Below are positions 27,768-36,440 of a stretch of DNA of 64,000 nt, piece by piece. Numbering within the stretch: position 1 is the stretch's first letter; each line of letters opens with the position of its first letter. The translations under genes and the position numbers were made by a program. A model generated the notes under the pieces. It saw only the letters and a program-made list of their open reading frames with translations. It did no database searches and was not told where the DNA came from. This stretch comes from Methanobacteriota archaeon. GTDB lineage: Archaea; Thermoplasmatota; Thermoplasmata; SG8-5; DAIRED01. The stretch is from positions 1-64,000 of the forward strand of contig JAZDNO010000027.1 in assembly GCA_043799545.1 (NCBI GenBank), in the 5' to 3' direction.

Positions 27768-28610
27768 TCATCCCTCCAGCAGCTTCTTCACCCGCGCCTG
27801 GCGATCCTCCCTCGTCTGCTGGCTCCTCACCTGATTCCGCTCGCCCAGCAGCGCCCTGTGGTACGGCTCCCGCTTTTCATCCCAGAAGACTCCGATTGGT
27901 ATTTTCCCTCCTCGCTTGACCATGGCCAGCGCCTCTTCTCTGGTCCTGGAGGGCTCGCCGATGATTTCCACGCTCTCGTTGTACAGCTTGTAAGTGTCGT
28001 TGAAGCTGACGCAGGGCTGAAGCACGTCCACGTATGCGAAACCCTCGTGCGTCATCGCCCTTGCGAAGATGTCCGTCAGATGGTCCGGCTTGCCTGAATA
28101 GCCGCGCGCCACGAAGGTCGCCCCGGCCTCGAGCATCAACGCCAAAGGGTTCAGGGGCTCCTCCACGTTCCCCCTCGGGCTGGACGGGCCCTTGAAACCC
28201 CTCTTGCTCACGGGCGTGAATTGTCCCACCGTAAGGCCGTAGACACCATTGTTGTGCACAATCACGGTGATTCCAGCGTTCCGTTTTGCTGCGAAAAGCA
28301 TGTGCGCCATCCCCTCGCCGTAGGCGTCGCCGTCGCCGCAGAATGCGAAGACCCTTAGCGAGGGGTTCGCCAGCTTGACGCCCTGGGCAGTCGCCATCGA
28401 GCGCCCGTGCAGGCCGTAGAAGCCGCTGATTGCCAGGTAGTCGAATATCTTGCCGTGGCAGCCTATTCCGGCGCACATGAACATGTCGGAGCGGGCGACC
28501 CCCTTGCCCTCAAGCTGCCTTATCGCCTTCTTGACGGAGTTGAACAGCCCGAAGTTGCCGCATCCCGGGCACCAGGTGTTCTCGCAATAGGTCGTGAGGT
28601 CGTCGGGCAT
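27768..28610 (-). CDS. 2-oxoacid:ferredoxin oxidoreductase beta subunit; real start at MPDDLT (28610), not 29051
   Basis: WCPGCG, GIGC, LHGR, TPP motif GDGD...NNGVYGLT-GQ, QPCVSFN; ATGA overlap with the alpha subunit stop. Confidence 0.93.
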   Translation of the reverse strand: MPDDLTTYCENTWCPGCGNFGLFNSVKKAIRQLEGKGVARSDMFMCAGIGCHGKIFDYLAISGFYGLHGRSMATAQGVKLANPSLRVFAFCGDGDAYGEGMAHMLFAAKRNAGITVIVHNNGVYGLTVGQFTPVSKRGFKGPSSPRGNVEEPLNPLALMLEAGATFVARGYSGKPDHLTDIFARAMTHEGFAYVDVLQPCVSFNDTYKLYNESVEIIGEPSRTREEALAMVKRGGKIPIGVFWDEKREPYHRALLGERNQVRSQQTREDRQARVKKLLEG

Positions 28611-30256
28611 CAGAGCGCCTCCTTCAGCTTGGCCGCCAGCTCGGTAGGTTCGAACGGCCGGCCGTCGTATTTTGCAATAGCATGCTTCACATCGATTCTG
28701 GCCCTCTCGCACAGCAGCCTGGCGAACTGGCCCGTGGAGCTCTGCTCCACCACAATTGCGCCGACGCCAGCATGCTTGGCCAATTCCTCGGAGGGCAAAG
28801 GGTCCAGGTAGATTGGCTGCACGACCCTGGCATCCAACCCTCCGTGGCGGATGGCTTCTGCAGCGCTCATCGCCGTCGAGCCGTAAGCGAAGACCGCTCG
28901 CCTGCCGCTTCCGAAAACGTTGACCGTCCGCAGGCCACGAACACGAGCCGCTAGAGAGCTGGCCTTCCTCGCGCGCTTGTCGTGCATGCGCGTTATCGCC
29001 TCGGGCGTGTCCGATGTGATGCCATTCTCGTCGTGCTCGTAGCTGTTCCATTTTATCAGCTCGGTTGACGGAGGAAATAGCAGCGGAGAAATCCCTTCGG
29101 ATGCGTCGAGGTAGCGCTTGTACTCTCCTTTACCATGAGCCAGGCCTTCGGCCCATGCGGCCTCCGCGATGTCGACGTCCACGCTCATCCTGCTCTCCGC
29201 CAGGTGCTTCTCGCTGAGCAGGATGGCAGGGACCTGGAACTCCCATGCCAAGTCCAGCAGCTCCGCGGTCAGGCGGAACGCCTCGGATGCGCTGGAAGGC
29301 GATGCCACAATCTTCGGGGAGTCCCCGTGGCCCTGGCCGAGCGCGAAGTTCAGGTCGCCCTGAGCGGTGTATGTCGGGACGCCAGTCGACGGCCCGGGCC
29401 TCGACGACAGCACCATTAGCAAGGGTGTCTCGGTCATTCCGGCGAGAGACCCAGCCTCCTCCATCAGTGCGAAACCTCCGCCGCTGGAGCCCACCATCGC
29501 CCTTGCACCGACAGCCGCCGCGCCGATGGCCATGTTCGCGACCGCAATCTCGTTCTCCGGGTGCATCACCGCGATGCCAAGCTGCTCCGAGTGCGCTGCG
29601 AGGTAGTGGAGGATGGACGATGCTGGAGTCATTGGATAAGCGACGTAGATGTCGAGCCCGCCCGCCGCAGCGCCGAGCGCAATTGCTTCGTTTCCGTAGA
29701 GCATCGGTCTTGCCTTGCCGCCCTTATCGAGTTTGAACTTGCCTCCTAAGGCTGGCACGGCCAAACCGTGGACCACCCCGGCGTACGCCATGTTGTTCTC
29801 CAGGTCACGCTTGTATTCCTTCCTGACGAAATCCAGAGTCGCTTCCCGGCTCTCGCCTATCGCCGCCGAGAGGCAGACGACCGCCCCCAGACCTATTCTC
29901 AGGGCGGGGTCGGGAAACTTCTTGGCCTCCGCCGTCAGGGGGAGCCCGATTTCCCCCTCGGTTTTCACAGCGTCGGAGTTGTTGACAACGATGCCGCCCT
30001 TCGCTGCGTGGATGGCCTGGCTGCGGGCGTCGAGGTTCACCACGAGGTCCGCGGACAGATAGTGGCTCGTCAGCTCCCGCGCGGAGGCGCTCACCGCCGC
30101 GAAGTTGTGGCCGCCCTTGATGAGGCTCTGGTAATCGTCGTACTGGAAAACGTTCAGCCCCCTGGACGCGAAGAGGTTTGCCGCCGCGTTTCCGGCCTTC
30201 TTCACCCCTTCTCCGGCCTTTCCGCCCACGATGAATGTGAAAACGTCTTTCGCCAT
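28610..30256 (-). CDS. 2-oxoacid:ferredoxin oxidoreductase alpha subunit (gamma-alpha fusion)
   Basis: GGKAGEG, YQSLIKGGHN, GNEAIA, YPMTP, ENEIA, SSGGGFALM-E, RPGPSTG-PT. Confidence 0.93.
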   Translation of the reverse strand: MAKDVFTFIVGGKAGEGVKKAGNAAANLFASRGLNVFQYDDYQSLIKGGHNFAAVSASARELTSHYLSADLVVNLDARSQAIHAAKGGIVVNNSDAVKTEGEIGLPLTAEAKKFPDPALRIGLGAVVCLSAAIGESREATLDFVRKEYKRDLENNMAYAGVVHGLAVPALGGKFKLDKGGKARPMLYGNEAIALGAAAGGLDIYVAYPMTPASSILHYLAAHSEQLGIAVMHPENEIAVANMAIGAAAVGARAMVGSSGGGFALMEEAGSLAGMTETPLLMVLSSRPGPSTGVPTYTAQGDLNFALGQGHGDSPKIVASPSSASEAFRLTAELLDLAWEFQVPAILLSEKHLAESRMSVDVDIAEAAWAEGLAHGKGEYKRYLDASEGISPLLFPPSTELIKWNSYEHDENGITSDTPEAITRMHDKRARKASSLAARVRGLRTVNVFGSGRRAVFAYGSTAMSAAEAIRHGGLDARVVQPIYLDPLPSEELAKHAGVGAIVVEQSSTGQFARLLCERARIDVKHAIAKYDGRPFEPTELAAKLKEAL

Positions 30257-30349
30257 TTCATTTCCCCTCGTGCAGGGCTACAATCTACGGGGTTATTTCG
30301 TTTGCGCTTGAAAACGCATAAATAAATAATATGCTACTATGGCGAAGCG

Positions 30350-32056
30350 ATGGAGTTACTCAACAAACGCAACTGCATTATCGCGATGGCCGCTCTCTTC
30401 GTGGTCCTGGCGGCCGCAGTTGCGTCTTCGCCCTACGACCCAATGAACGGGGACAAGGCCGACGCAACGACGAACTACATATGGACGCGCTATTACTCCG
30501 AAGGGGTCTACCACGTCACCTGGGAGCAATGGAGGAGCGACTGGGGCGCCCTGAGGACCCAGAGCTCCGTGGTGACGTACGGGGGGGATTTGGTGGTCGT
30601 GAACGAGAAGGGGCCTGGCCACGCGATGATGATTGTGCCGTTCTATTTGCTGGGCATAGAGCCGCTGTTCGGCCCTATTTTGGCCGCGCTGGCCGTCCTC
30701 GCCACATTCTTGCTGGGGCGCCGCCTGGTCAATTGGAAGGTCGGCCTGGTCGCTTCCGCGAGCGTGCTGGCGAACCTCACCTATATCGCCATGTGGCATA
30801 GGTATTACTGGACGGACGCCTCCACGATGCACCTCCTCGTCGTCTCGCTCTGGCTCTTCGTCGAGGCTCTGTATCATTCCAACGGGCGCTCGCTCGACCC
30901 GCGCTCAACCGTGCTGGCATCTCGGCGCGACCTCGTTACGGGCGCGGCGCTCGGGGCGATTTCCGGCCTGGCATTCGGGGGCGCGGTCTCCACACGGTAT
31001 CCGGCCGCTCTCGTCGGCATCGCGATGCCGTGCTATTTGGCTGCGTTCTTCCTCGCCAAGGTCTGGCCCGACCTGAGGATCAGGAAACTCGTCCACGCGC
31101 TCAAGTCCCTCAGGAGCGCCTTGTTCGCGCTTGCATTCATCGCTGGTCTGCTCGTGGTGCTAGTGCCGCTGATGCAATACAACTCGGCATATTTCGGAGG
31201 CCCGTTCAACTCTGGCTACGACGCAGATTCCCTGATGGGGTTCAACCCCGATGCCGGATTGGCGCCGAGAAACGCGACGGCAAGCTGGACGTCGAGCCTG
31301 ATTGATGGCGCGTCCAACGCCCTCGACAACGCATTCCTGCTCGCCCCGATACTTGTCGTCCGGATGCCCGCGCTGCTCCTCGCGCCTCTGGGAATCTGGT
31401 ACTTTCGCCGAAACCTCGCCGCCGCGCTGCTGATTCCCTGGCTCCTGATAGCCTTCTTCACGTACCTGTCCCTCTCGTGGGTTTCGATGTACGCGCGAAT
31501 CGACCTGGTCCCGTGGGAACCGAGGTATTTCATGCCCGCGATTCCGGCAATTGGCATCCTTGCGGGAGCTGCTTTGGACCATCACGGATTCAAGAGCAAG
31601 GTTCCGTGGAGGAAGCTTGCCGCCATCCTCGCGGTTGGGGGTATTGTTCTGGTGGGGGTGGCGCCTGCACTCGCGTACTTGGGAGGACCCCAACAGGATG
31701 GCGCGAGACCTGGCGGGGCGCCTCCGCAGCAGGTGCTCAACGCGACCACCGACCAATTGCTGATATCGCCAAGGGAATATGCGGGCAGTTTTGTGCATAT
31801 TTCGGATGCGCGGGTAACTCTGGCGGCGGGAGATGCCATTCAAGTCCGCAGCTTTGATGCGACGAACCCGGGGAGCGTGGCCGTGCACTTCGTCGATTGG
31901 CCGCCGGGCACCTTGCCACAAATCGAGACGGGTGACCGCGTCGACGCCCAGGGGATGTTCGCGCGACCCCCGGGAGGAACGCTTCAAACGGGCTACGTTT
32001 TGACGGTGAAATACGGGACGGCGGATTACGTGAGAGTGGTGGGCCAGGCACCGTGA
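30350..32056 (+). CDS. GT-C fold (PMT/ArnT-like) membrane glycosyltransferase with a C-terminal OB-fold-like domain
   Basis: About 11-12 TM helices, acidic first loop (DKADATTNY), PxG motif, xTDAS, STRY, EPRYFMPAIP; soluble beta-rich C-terminal ~100 aa containing GDRVDAQG. Confidence 0.65.
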   Translation: MELLNKRNCIIAMAALFVVLAAAVASSPYDPMNGDKADATTNYIWTRYYSEGVYHVTWEQWRSDWGALRTQSSVVTYGGDLVVVNEKGPGHAMMIVPFYLLGIEPLFGPILAALAVLATFLLGRRLVNWKVGLVASASVLANLTYIAMWHRYYWTDASTMHLLVVSLWLFVEALYHSNGRSLDPRSTVLASRRDLVTGAALGAISGLAFGGAVSTRYPAALVGIAMPCYLAAFFLAKVWPDLRIRKLVHALKSLRSALFALAFIAGLLVVLVPLMQYNSAYFGGPFNSGYDADSLMGFNPDAGLAPRNATASWTSSLIDGASNALDNAFLLAPILVVRMPALLLAPLGIWYFRRNLAAALLIPWLLIAFFTYLSLSWVSMYARIDLVPWEPRYFMPAIPAIGILAGAALDHHGFKSKVPWRKLAAILAVGGIVLVGVAPALAYLGGPQQDGARPGGAPPQQVLNATTDQLLISPREYAGSFVHISDARVTLAAGDAIQVRSFDATNPGSVAVHFVDWPPGTLPQIETGDRVDAQGMFARPPGGTLQTGYVLTVKYGTADYVRVVGQAP

Positions 32057-32565
32057 TTTGACCCTTGGAAACAACATATAAATAATCCGTCTTGTTCGAA
32101 ATGTGACAGGGCAACGGCAGCGCCGCAAAAACATCCAGCGATTGAAAGTATCGTGCTAATGGCGATTCTTCCGTAATACTCGCGAATGATAACATTCTTG
32201 GTGATTCCCAACGTTATAGGGATTGTCTCTGATGCCACGGCGATGACTGGAACGGACACGCACATGATGGAGATAATAAAGAAAGATGCGCTTTTTTTCC
32301 GAGCGGTCAATGAAAGCATATATCCAGCAATTCCGGCGATGAAAAAATAAAACACGCCGCCCAGAACATTCAACTGCCCGATGTACGGATACCCATACAA
32401 CGCGATGTTTCCCAATAGCAATAACAACAGACCGGCAAATATGCACAAACTTGTTTCTTTGATGGATGTGGTGTTACGCCATTTTAAATCGGTTTGTTCA
32501 TCGAGGTTCCTTTGATATTTTTCCCATAAAGGGAACCCTTCGCCGGGAGTGCCCTGCGTCGACAT
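32026..32565 (-). CDS. Hypothetical 4-TM membrane protein in a low-GC islet
   Basis: 179-aa ORF with hydrophobic stretches; AT-rich codons; follows the upstream ORF after 2 nt. Confidence 0.55.
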   Translation of the reverse strand: MSTQGTPGEGFPLWEKYQRNLDEQTDLKWRNTTSIKETSLCIFAGLLLLLLGNIALYGYPYIGQLNVLGGVFYFFIAGIAGYMLSLTARKKSASFFIISIMCVSVPVIAVASETIPITLGITKNVIIREYYGRIAISTILSIAGCFCGAAVALSHFEQDGLFICCFQGSNHGAWPTTLT

Positions 32566-32567
32566 AT

Positions 32568-33074
32568 CTATTGCCCCTCCCGCACCGTTAAAACCCGTTC
32601 TGCGTGTAAATCAACCATGCAACTTGGCCCCCATACGAATCCAGCTATTTCTAGAGTCAATCTTTCATTGGCAGAAACGTTGGTTGCTAAAGGCCCATAG
32701 AATAACCATTCCTTGATCCCCTTAGAAGATAAAACGGCGCTCCTCTCGTCTAGATGTTCCCAAATTACAACTCCTGTTGAGTCCATTATCGTGAGTTTTG
32801 TGATGTTGACCGTCAAGGCAAAATCGTTCAAGTTTTTCGTATTCATTCCTAGGTGCGTATTGCCATCGGGCATCAGGTATAGTTCGACGTCATAAAATCT
32901 GACGTTCCAATTATTGTTTAAAATGTAGACGTAGTTACCTACACAACTTATGGTGATGAGCCCCGATATCGCTCCGATTATTAAGAAAATCCTTAAGCCA
33001 CTTGAAAACAAGCGCTCATGCGTGCTTTTCTTTTTTTCTCCCATAATGGGGTTATTATGTTCATCCATTATCAA
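32568..33074 (-). CDS. Hypothetical protein with one TM helix and an extracellular beta-sandwich (LEA_2-like), low-GC islet
   Basis: Basic N-terminus, hydrophobic helix, then beta-strand pattern including N-NDFALTV-ITKL and N-x-T/S sequons. Confidence 0.6.
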   Translation of the reverse strand: MIMDEHNNPIMGEKKKSTHERLFSSGLRIFLIIGAISGLITISCVGNYVYILNNNWNVRFYDVELYLMPDGNTHLGMNTKNLNDFALTVNITKLTIMDSTGVVIWEHLDERSAVLSSKGIKEWLFYGPLATNVSANERLTLEIAGFVWGPSCMVDLHAERVLTVREGQ

Positions 33075-33195
33075 CTTATTTGTACAGTTTTTGTAATCTA
33101 ACTGACCAGCGTGTTATAAAACCGTGCGACCATTGTGGAAACGTTTATTAACCCCCCCGCTTTAGGCGTAGCCCCCCAATGTCGGAGGAGTCAGC

Positions 33196-33555
33196 ATGAT
33201 ACAAAAAAAGACCAACCCGAACCTGACGCGTCTCATCGGCGAGCTGCAATCTGCATCGCGCGCCGAGGACGCTGAGATCTGGCGAGACATTGCGGCGCGG
33301 CTCGAAAAGCCCCTCAGCCACTGGGCCGAGGTGAACCTGGGCGAGATAGCCCGTTTCGCGAAGCCGAAGGAGACGGTAATCGTCCCCGGAAAGCTTCTCG
33401 GAGGCGGCGACATCGACCAGGCCCTGGTAGTCGCGTCGTACAAATGCTCCGCGTCAGCGCGGAGGAAGCTGGAAGCTGCAGGCGGCAGGGCGATATCCAT
33501 CTCCCAGCTGCTGAAGGAGAATCCGAAGGGCAGCGGCGTAGTCGTGATGAGGTGA
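33196..33555 (+). CDS. rpl18e: 50S ribosomal protein L18e
   Basis: KTNPNL..LI, WRDIA, VNLGEI, VPGKLLGGG, SAR-K---AGG. Confidence 0.96.
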   Translation: MIQKKTNPNLTRLIGELQSASRAEDAEIWRDIAARLEKPLSHWAEVNLGEIARFAKPKETVIVPGKLLGGGDIDQALVVASYKCSASARRKLEAAGGRAISISQLLKENPKGSGVVVMR

Positions 33556-33559
33556 AGAA

Positions 33560-33973
33560 ATGAAAAAAATCGATGCGAAGGGCCTCATACTCGGCAGGAT
33601 GTCCAGCTACATCGCGAAGAGCCTTCTCAAGGGCGAAGAGGTAATCATTGTCAACGCCGAGGCTGCGATAGTCTCGGGAAAGCGCGAGCTTGTCATCAAG
33701 GAGTATTTCGACAGGCGCAGCAAGGGCAAGATAAGGAAGGGGCCGTACTACCCTAGGACCCCGGAACAAATTCTCAAGCGCACGGTGCGCGGGATGATTC
33801 CGTACCAGACGTCGCACGGCAGGGAGGCCTTTGACCGATTGAAAGTCTACATCGGCGTCCCGAGGAACATGGTGAACGACAAGTTCGAAACGATAGCCGG
33901 CGCCTCGTCCGAGGGCGTCGTGGAATACGTCGACCTGGGGGAGATTTCGAGGACCCTGGGGGCGCATTTCTGA
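33560..33973 (+). CDS. rpl13: 50S ribosomal protein L13
   Basis: IDAKGLILGR, NAE, KGPYYPRTP, RTVRGMIP, G-EAFDRLKVYIG-P. Confidence 0.96.
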   Translation: MKKIDAKGLILGRMSSYIAKSLLKGEEVIIVNAEAAIVSGKRELVIKEYFDRRSKGKIRKGPYYPRTPEQILKRTVRGMIPYQTSHGREAFDRLKVYIGVPRNMVNDKFETIAGASSEGVVEYVDLGEISRTLGAHF

Positions 33974-33984
33974 GGTGAGATGTC

Positions 33985-34383
33985 ATGAAGGTTTCAATCA
34001 CGAGCGGAAAGCGCAAGACCGCGGTCGCGAGGGTGACCGTGCGCAAGGGCCAGGGACGAGTCAAGATAAACGGCACGCCGCTGGAGATATTCACGCCCGA
34101 GATGGCGAAGGACAGGCTCTCCGAGCCCATCGTCATCGCCGGGACGAAGGCCGAGAAGATAGACATCGACGTTAACGTCAGCGGGGGCGGGTTCATGGGC
34201 CAGGCCGAGGCAGGCCGTACCGCCATCGCCAAAGGAATCGTGGATTTCCTGGGAGACAAGGAGCTCGAGGAGACGTACAAGCAGTTCGACCGTTCGATCC
34301 TCGTCTCGGACGCGAGGCGCAAGATGCCGAAGAACCCGCTCGGCCGCGGTGCCCGAAAGAAGCGCCAGAAGTCGTACAGGTGA
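33985..34383 (+). CDS. rps9: 30S ribosomal protein S9
   Basis: [35 protein letters not shown]-terminus. Confidence 0.97.
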   Translation: MKVSITSGKRKTAVARVTVRKGQGRVKINGTPLEIFTPEMAKDRLSEPIVIAGTKAEKIDIDVNVSGGGFMGQAEAGRTAIAKGIVDFLGDKELEETYKQFDRSILVSDARRKMPKNPLGRGARKKRQKSYR

Positions 34384-34387
34384 TCAG

Positions 34388-34582
34388 ATGATAATACCTG
34401 TGAGGTGCTTCACGTGCGGGAAGGTCGTCGGCTCTGCATACGACAACTACAAGCGCGAGCTGGCCGAGGGCCACAAGGACCCGCAGAAGATCCTCGACGA
34501 CCTCGGGCTGAAGCGCTACTGCTGCAGACGGATGGTCCTGACGCACGTCGACCTCATCGACGACGTCGCGCCGTTCGACTGA
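34388..34582 (+). CDS. rpoN: DNA-directed RNA polymerase subunit N (Rpo10)
   Basis: [12 protein letters not shown]...[11 protein letters not shown]; start placed at ATG 34388. Confidence 0.96.
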   Translation: MIIPVRCFTCGKVVGSAYDNYKRELAEGHKDPQKILDDLGLKRYCCRRMVLTHVDLIDDVAPFD

Positions 34583-34616
34583 ATTGCCGCCATCCAAAAC
34601 CATTCTCCATTCCCTT

Positions 34617-34689
34617 GGGCCTGTGGGGTAGCTTGGTATCCTTGCAGCTTGGGGTGCTGTTGACCCCGGTTCAAATCCGGGCAGGCCCA
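34617..34689 (+). tRNA. tRNA-Pro, anticodon GGG, no intron, CCA not encoded
   Basis: Acceptor GGGCCTG/CAGGCCC; D region GGGGTAGCTTGGTATCCT; anticodon stem GCAGC/GCTGT with loop TTGGGGT; T arm CCCGG-TTCAAAT-CCGGG; usual position after rpoN. Confidence 0.93.
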
Positions 34690-34720
34690 TCCGATTTTAT
34701 TTATTCTCAAAACGAAGGAT

Positions 34721-34784
34721 GGGCCTGCACGGAGAGGACTAGCTCATAAAGGGCGCAGTGCTGGTCCGAATCCGGGCAGGCCCC
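34721..34784 (+). other. Degenerate tRNA-like element (pseudo-tRNA or structured RNA)
   Basis: Same acceptor stem GGGCCTG/CAGGCCC as the tRNA-Pro and a T-arm-like CTGG-TCCGAAT-CCGG, but a short interior with no canonical 7-nt anticodon loop. Confidence 0.5.
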
Positions 34785-34917
34785 CTCAACTTTCTTACGC
34801 TTCTATCCGTGGCCCTGCCCTCTCTCGGGTAAAATCATTGCAGTTGGTTATTTTTACCCTCGATCCGGGCAGGCTGCATTCATTATGCTCTGGCAGTGGT
34901 TTGCCCAAGGGCAATAA

Positions 34918-35661
34918 TCATATGTCCTTCTTCACAAACCACGCCGACCCGGCGCCGAAAAACGCGCACGCGTACCCTAGCGAAATGACCGCGGTTTCCG
35001 CAACCGGTGCGTCCACCAGTATCCTGTAGCCTATGGACATCGGGTTCCACGGCGAAGGAAGGCCGCCTTCGCTGGCCATGAGCAGACTGAACGTGAAGTA
35101 GAGGACGAGGCAGATTGCGAATGACGTCAGGACCGTCGGAGTCGTTGTCCGCATGGGCACGCTGACGAAGAAAGTCAGACCAAGGATGAAGAGGCAGAGG
35201 GGGAGGAGCCATATGATGTGCGCCATGAAAACATCGATCTTCATGCCGCCCACGATGGCAACCGCCGCTCCAGCCACCAGAATGCCGCTCGCCAGGAAAA
35301 CGACTATGAAGGAAACCGTGGTCGCTGCAATCCTCCGCGCCAGGAAGTCAAGGCGCGCTTCCGGCCTGGTGAGGAGGAGCCCCATCATGTCCGCATCCTC
35401 GAGGTCGCTGAGGACGAACGCGCCGTATCCGACAATCAGCAAGGGGAAGAACATCGTCATGACGTTCTCGAACCACACCAGCTCGAAAATGCCCGCCGAA
35501 CCGGGCGCCCCCGCTTCAAGGGCCTCCTTCAGGCCTTCCGGGGAATATTCCGCTATGAAGGCGACGGCGATTGCCAGCACGGCAATCAATGCGACCGAGT
35601 ATGCCGTCCGTTTGGACAGAAGGATGTGCCTGATGTCGATTGCCAGGAGGGAAATGTTCAT
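34918..35661 (-). CDS. ABC-2 type transporter permease
   Basis: 6-TM pattern, LLTRPEARLDFL motif (PxxR..K-type); ATGA overlap with the upstream permease. Confidence 0.8.
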   Translation of the reverse strand: MNISLLAIDIRHILLSKRTAYSVALIAVLAIAVAFIAEYSPEGLKEALEAGAPGSAGIFELVWFENVMTMFFPLLIVGYGAFVLSDLEDADMMGLLLTRPEARLDFLARRIAATTVSFIVVFLASGILVAGAAVAIVGGMKIDVFMAHIIWLLPLCLFILGLTFFVSVPMRTTTPTVLTSFAICLVLYFTFSLLMASEGGLPSPWNPMSIGYRILVDAPVAETAVISLGYACAFFGAGSAWFVKKDI

Positions 35662-36440
35662 AAATCCTCGCCTTTGAATTTCCAAACCGAGATTGCCAGG
35701 AACGGAATCGAGAATGCGACTATTGCAAGGGCGAAGCCCGCGTAGAGCAATGCATCCAGGTTATGCGTCGTGAAGTAAGTGGCGTAATAGTGGGGCGTGA
35801 GCTTCGCAGCTTCCATGAAGGCGGAAGAGGAGTACTTGCTTGCGTTGGGCAGCATGAAGACGGACATTATCCCGAACGCCGCTATGAAGGATATCAGGTT
35901 GTTCCTTGAGAGGACGGACAGCATGAGCACGACGCACATGGAGAATACACCCAGCAGGTACATCAGCGCCACGGTGGCGAAGTACGCCCCCGCGTCAAGC
36001 TCCGGCACTTTCTGCTGGTAAAGGGGAAATCCCAAAGCCATGACCGAGAAGAATATTATTCCGAACGCCACAGACGCCCCGGCGAGCTTCGAAAGGATGT
36101 AGTCCCTCCTCGTTATCGGGCGGGAGAGTATCATGCCCAGCCTCTCCTTGCTCCTGTCGCCTGACACGGCGTCGAAGACGAACATCGGCGCGACGAACAA
36201 CGTCACCAGCTTCGTCAGCCCGCTGTCGAAAAGGAACCACTGTATCTCGGACTGCGGATTCGTGGAAAACACGTCCACGAGCTCGCCCAGGGCCGAGCCC
36301 GAGCCCATGACGCTGTCGTAGAGGTACGCCACCGCAAGGACCATCCACAGCGAGAACAGGATGGCCAGCAGTCCCCGGAGGGAGAGCAGGAGGCGCCGCG
36401 CGGTGTGCAGCGTCAATCTGGCAATATTCGCTTCACCCAT
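35658..36440 (-). CDS. ABC-2 type transporter permease
   Basis: VSGDRSKERLGMILSRPITRRDYILSKL signature; LTPHYY. Confidence 0.85.
   Translation of the reverse strand: MGEANIARLTLHTARRLLLSLRGLLAILFSLWMVLAVAYLYDSVMGSGSALGELVDVFSTNPQSEIQWFLFDSGLTKLVTLFVAPMFVFDAVSGDRSKERLGMILSRPITRRDYILSKLAGASVAFGIIFFSVMALGFPLYQQKVPELDAGAYFATVALMYLLGVFSMCVVLMLSVLSRNNLISFIAAFGIMSVFMLPNASKYSSSAFMEAAKLTPHYYATYFTTHNLDALLYAGFALAIVAFSIPFLAISVWKFKGEDL

Noticed and set aside
28611-29051. N-terminal extension of the oxidoreductase beta ORF in the track; similar extensions at 37677, 57336, 10773, 53551, 42484, 46329 and 15524
   Set aside because: The extensions overlap upstream genes or promoters; homology and ATGA-type coupling point to the downstream starts used here.
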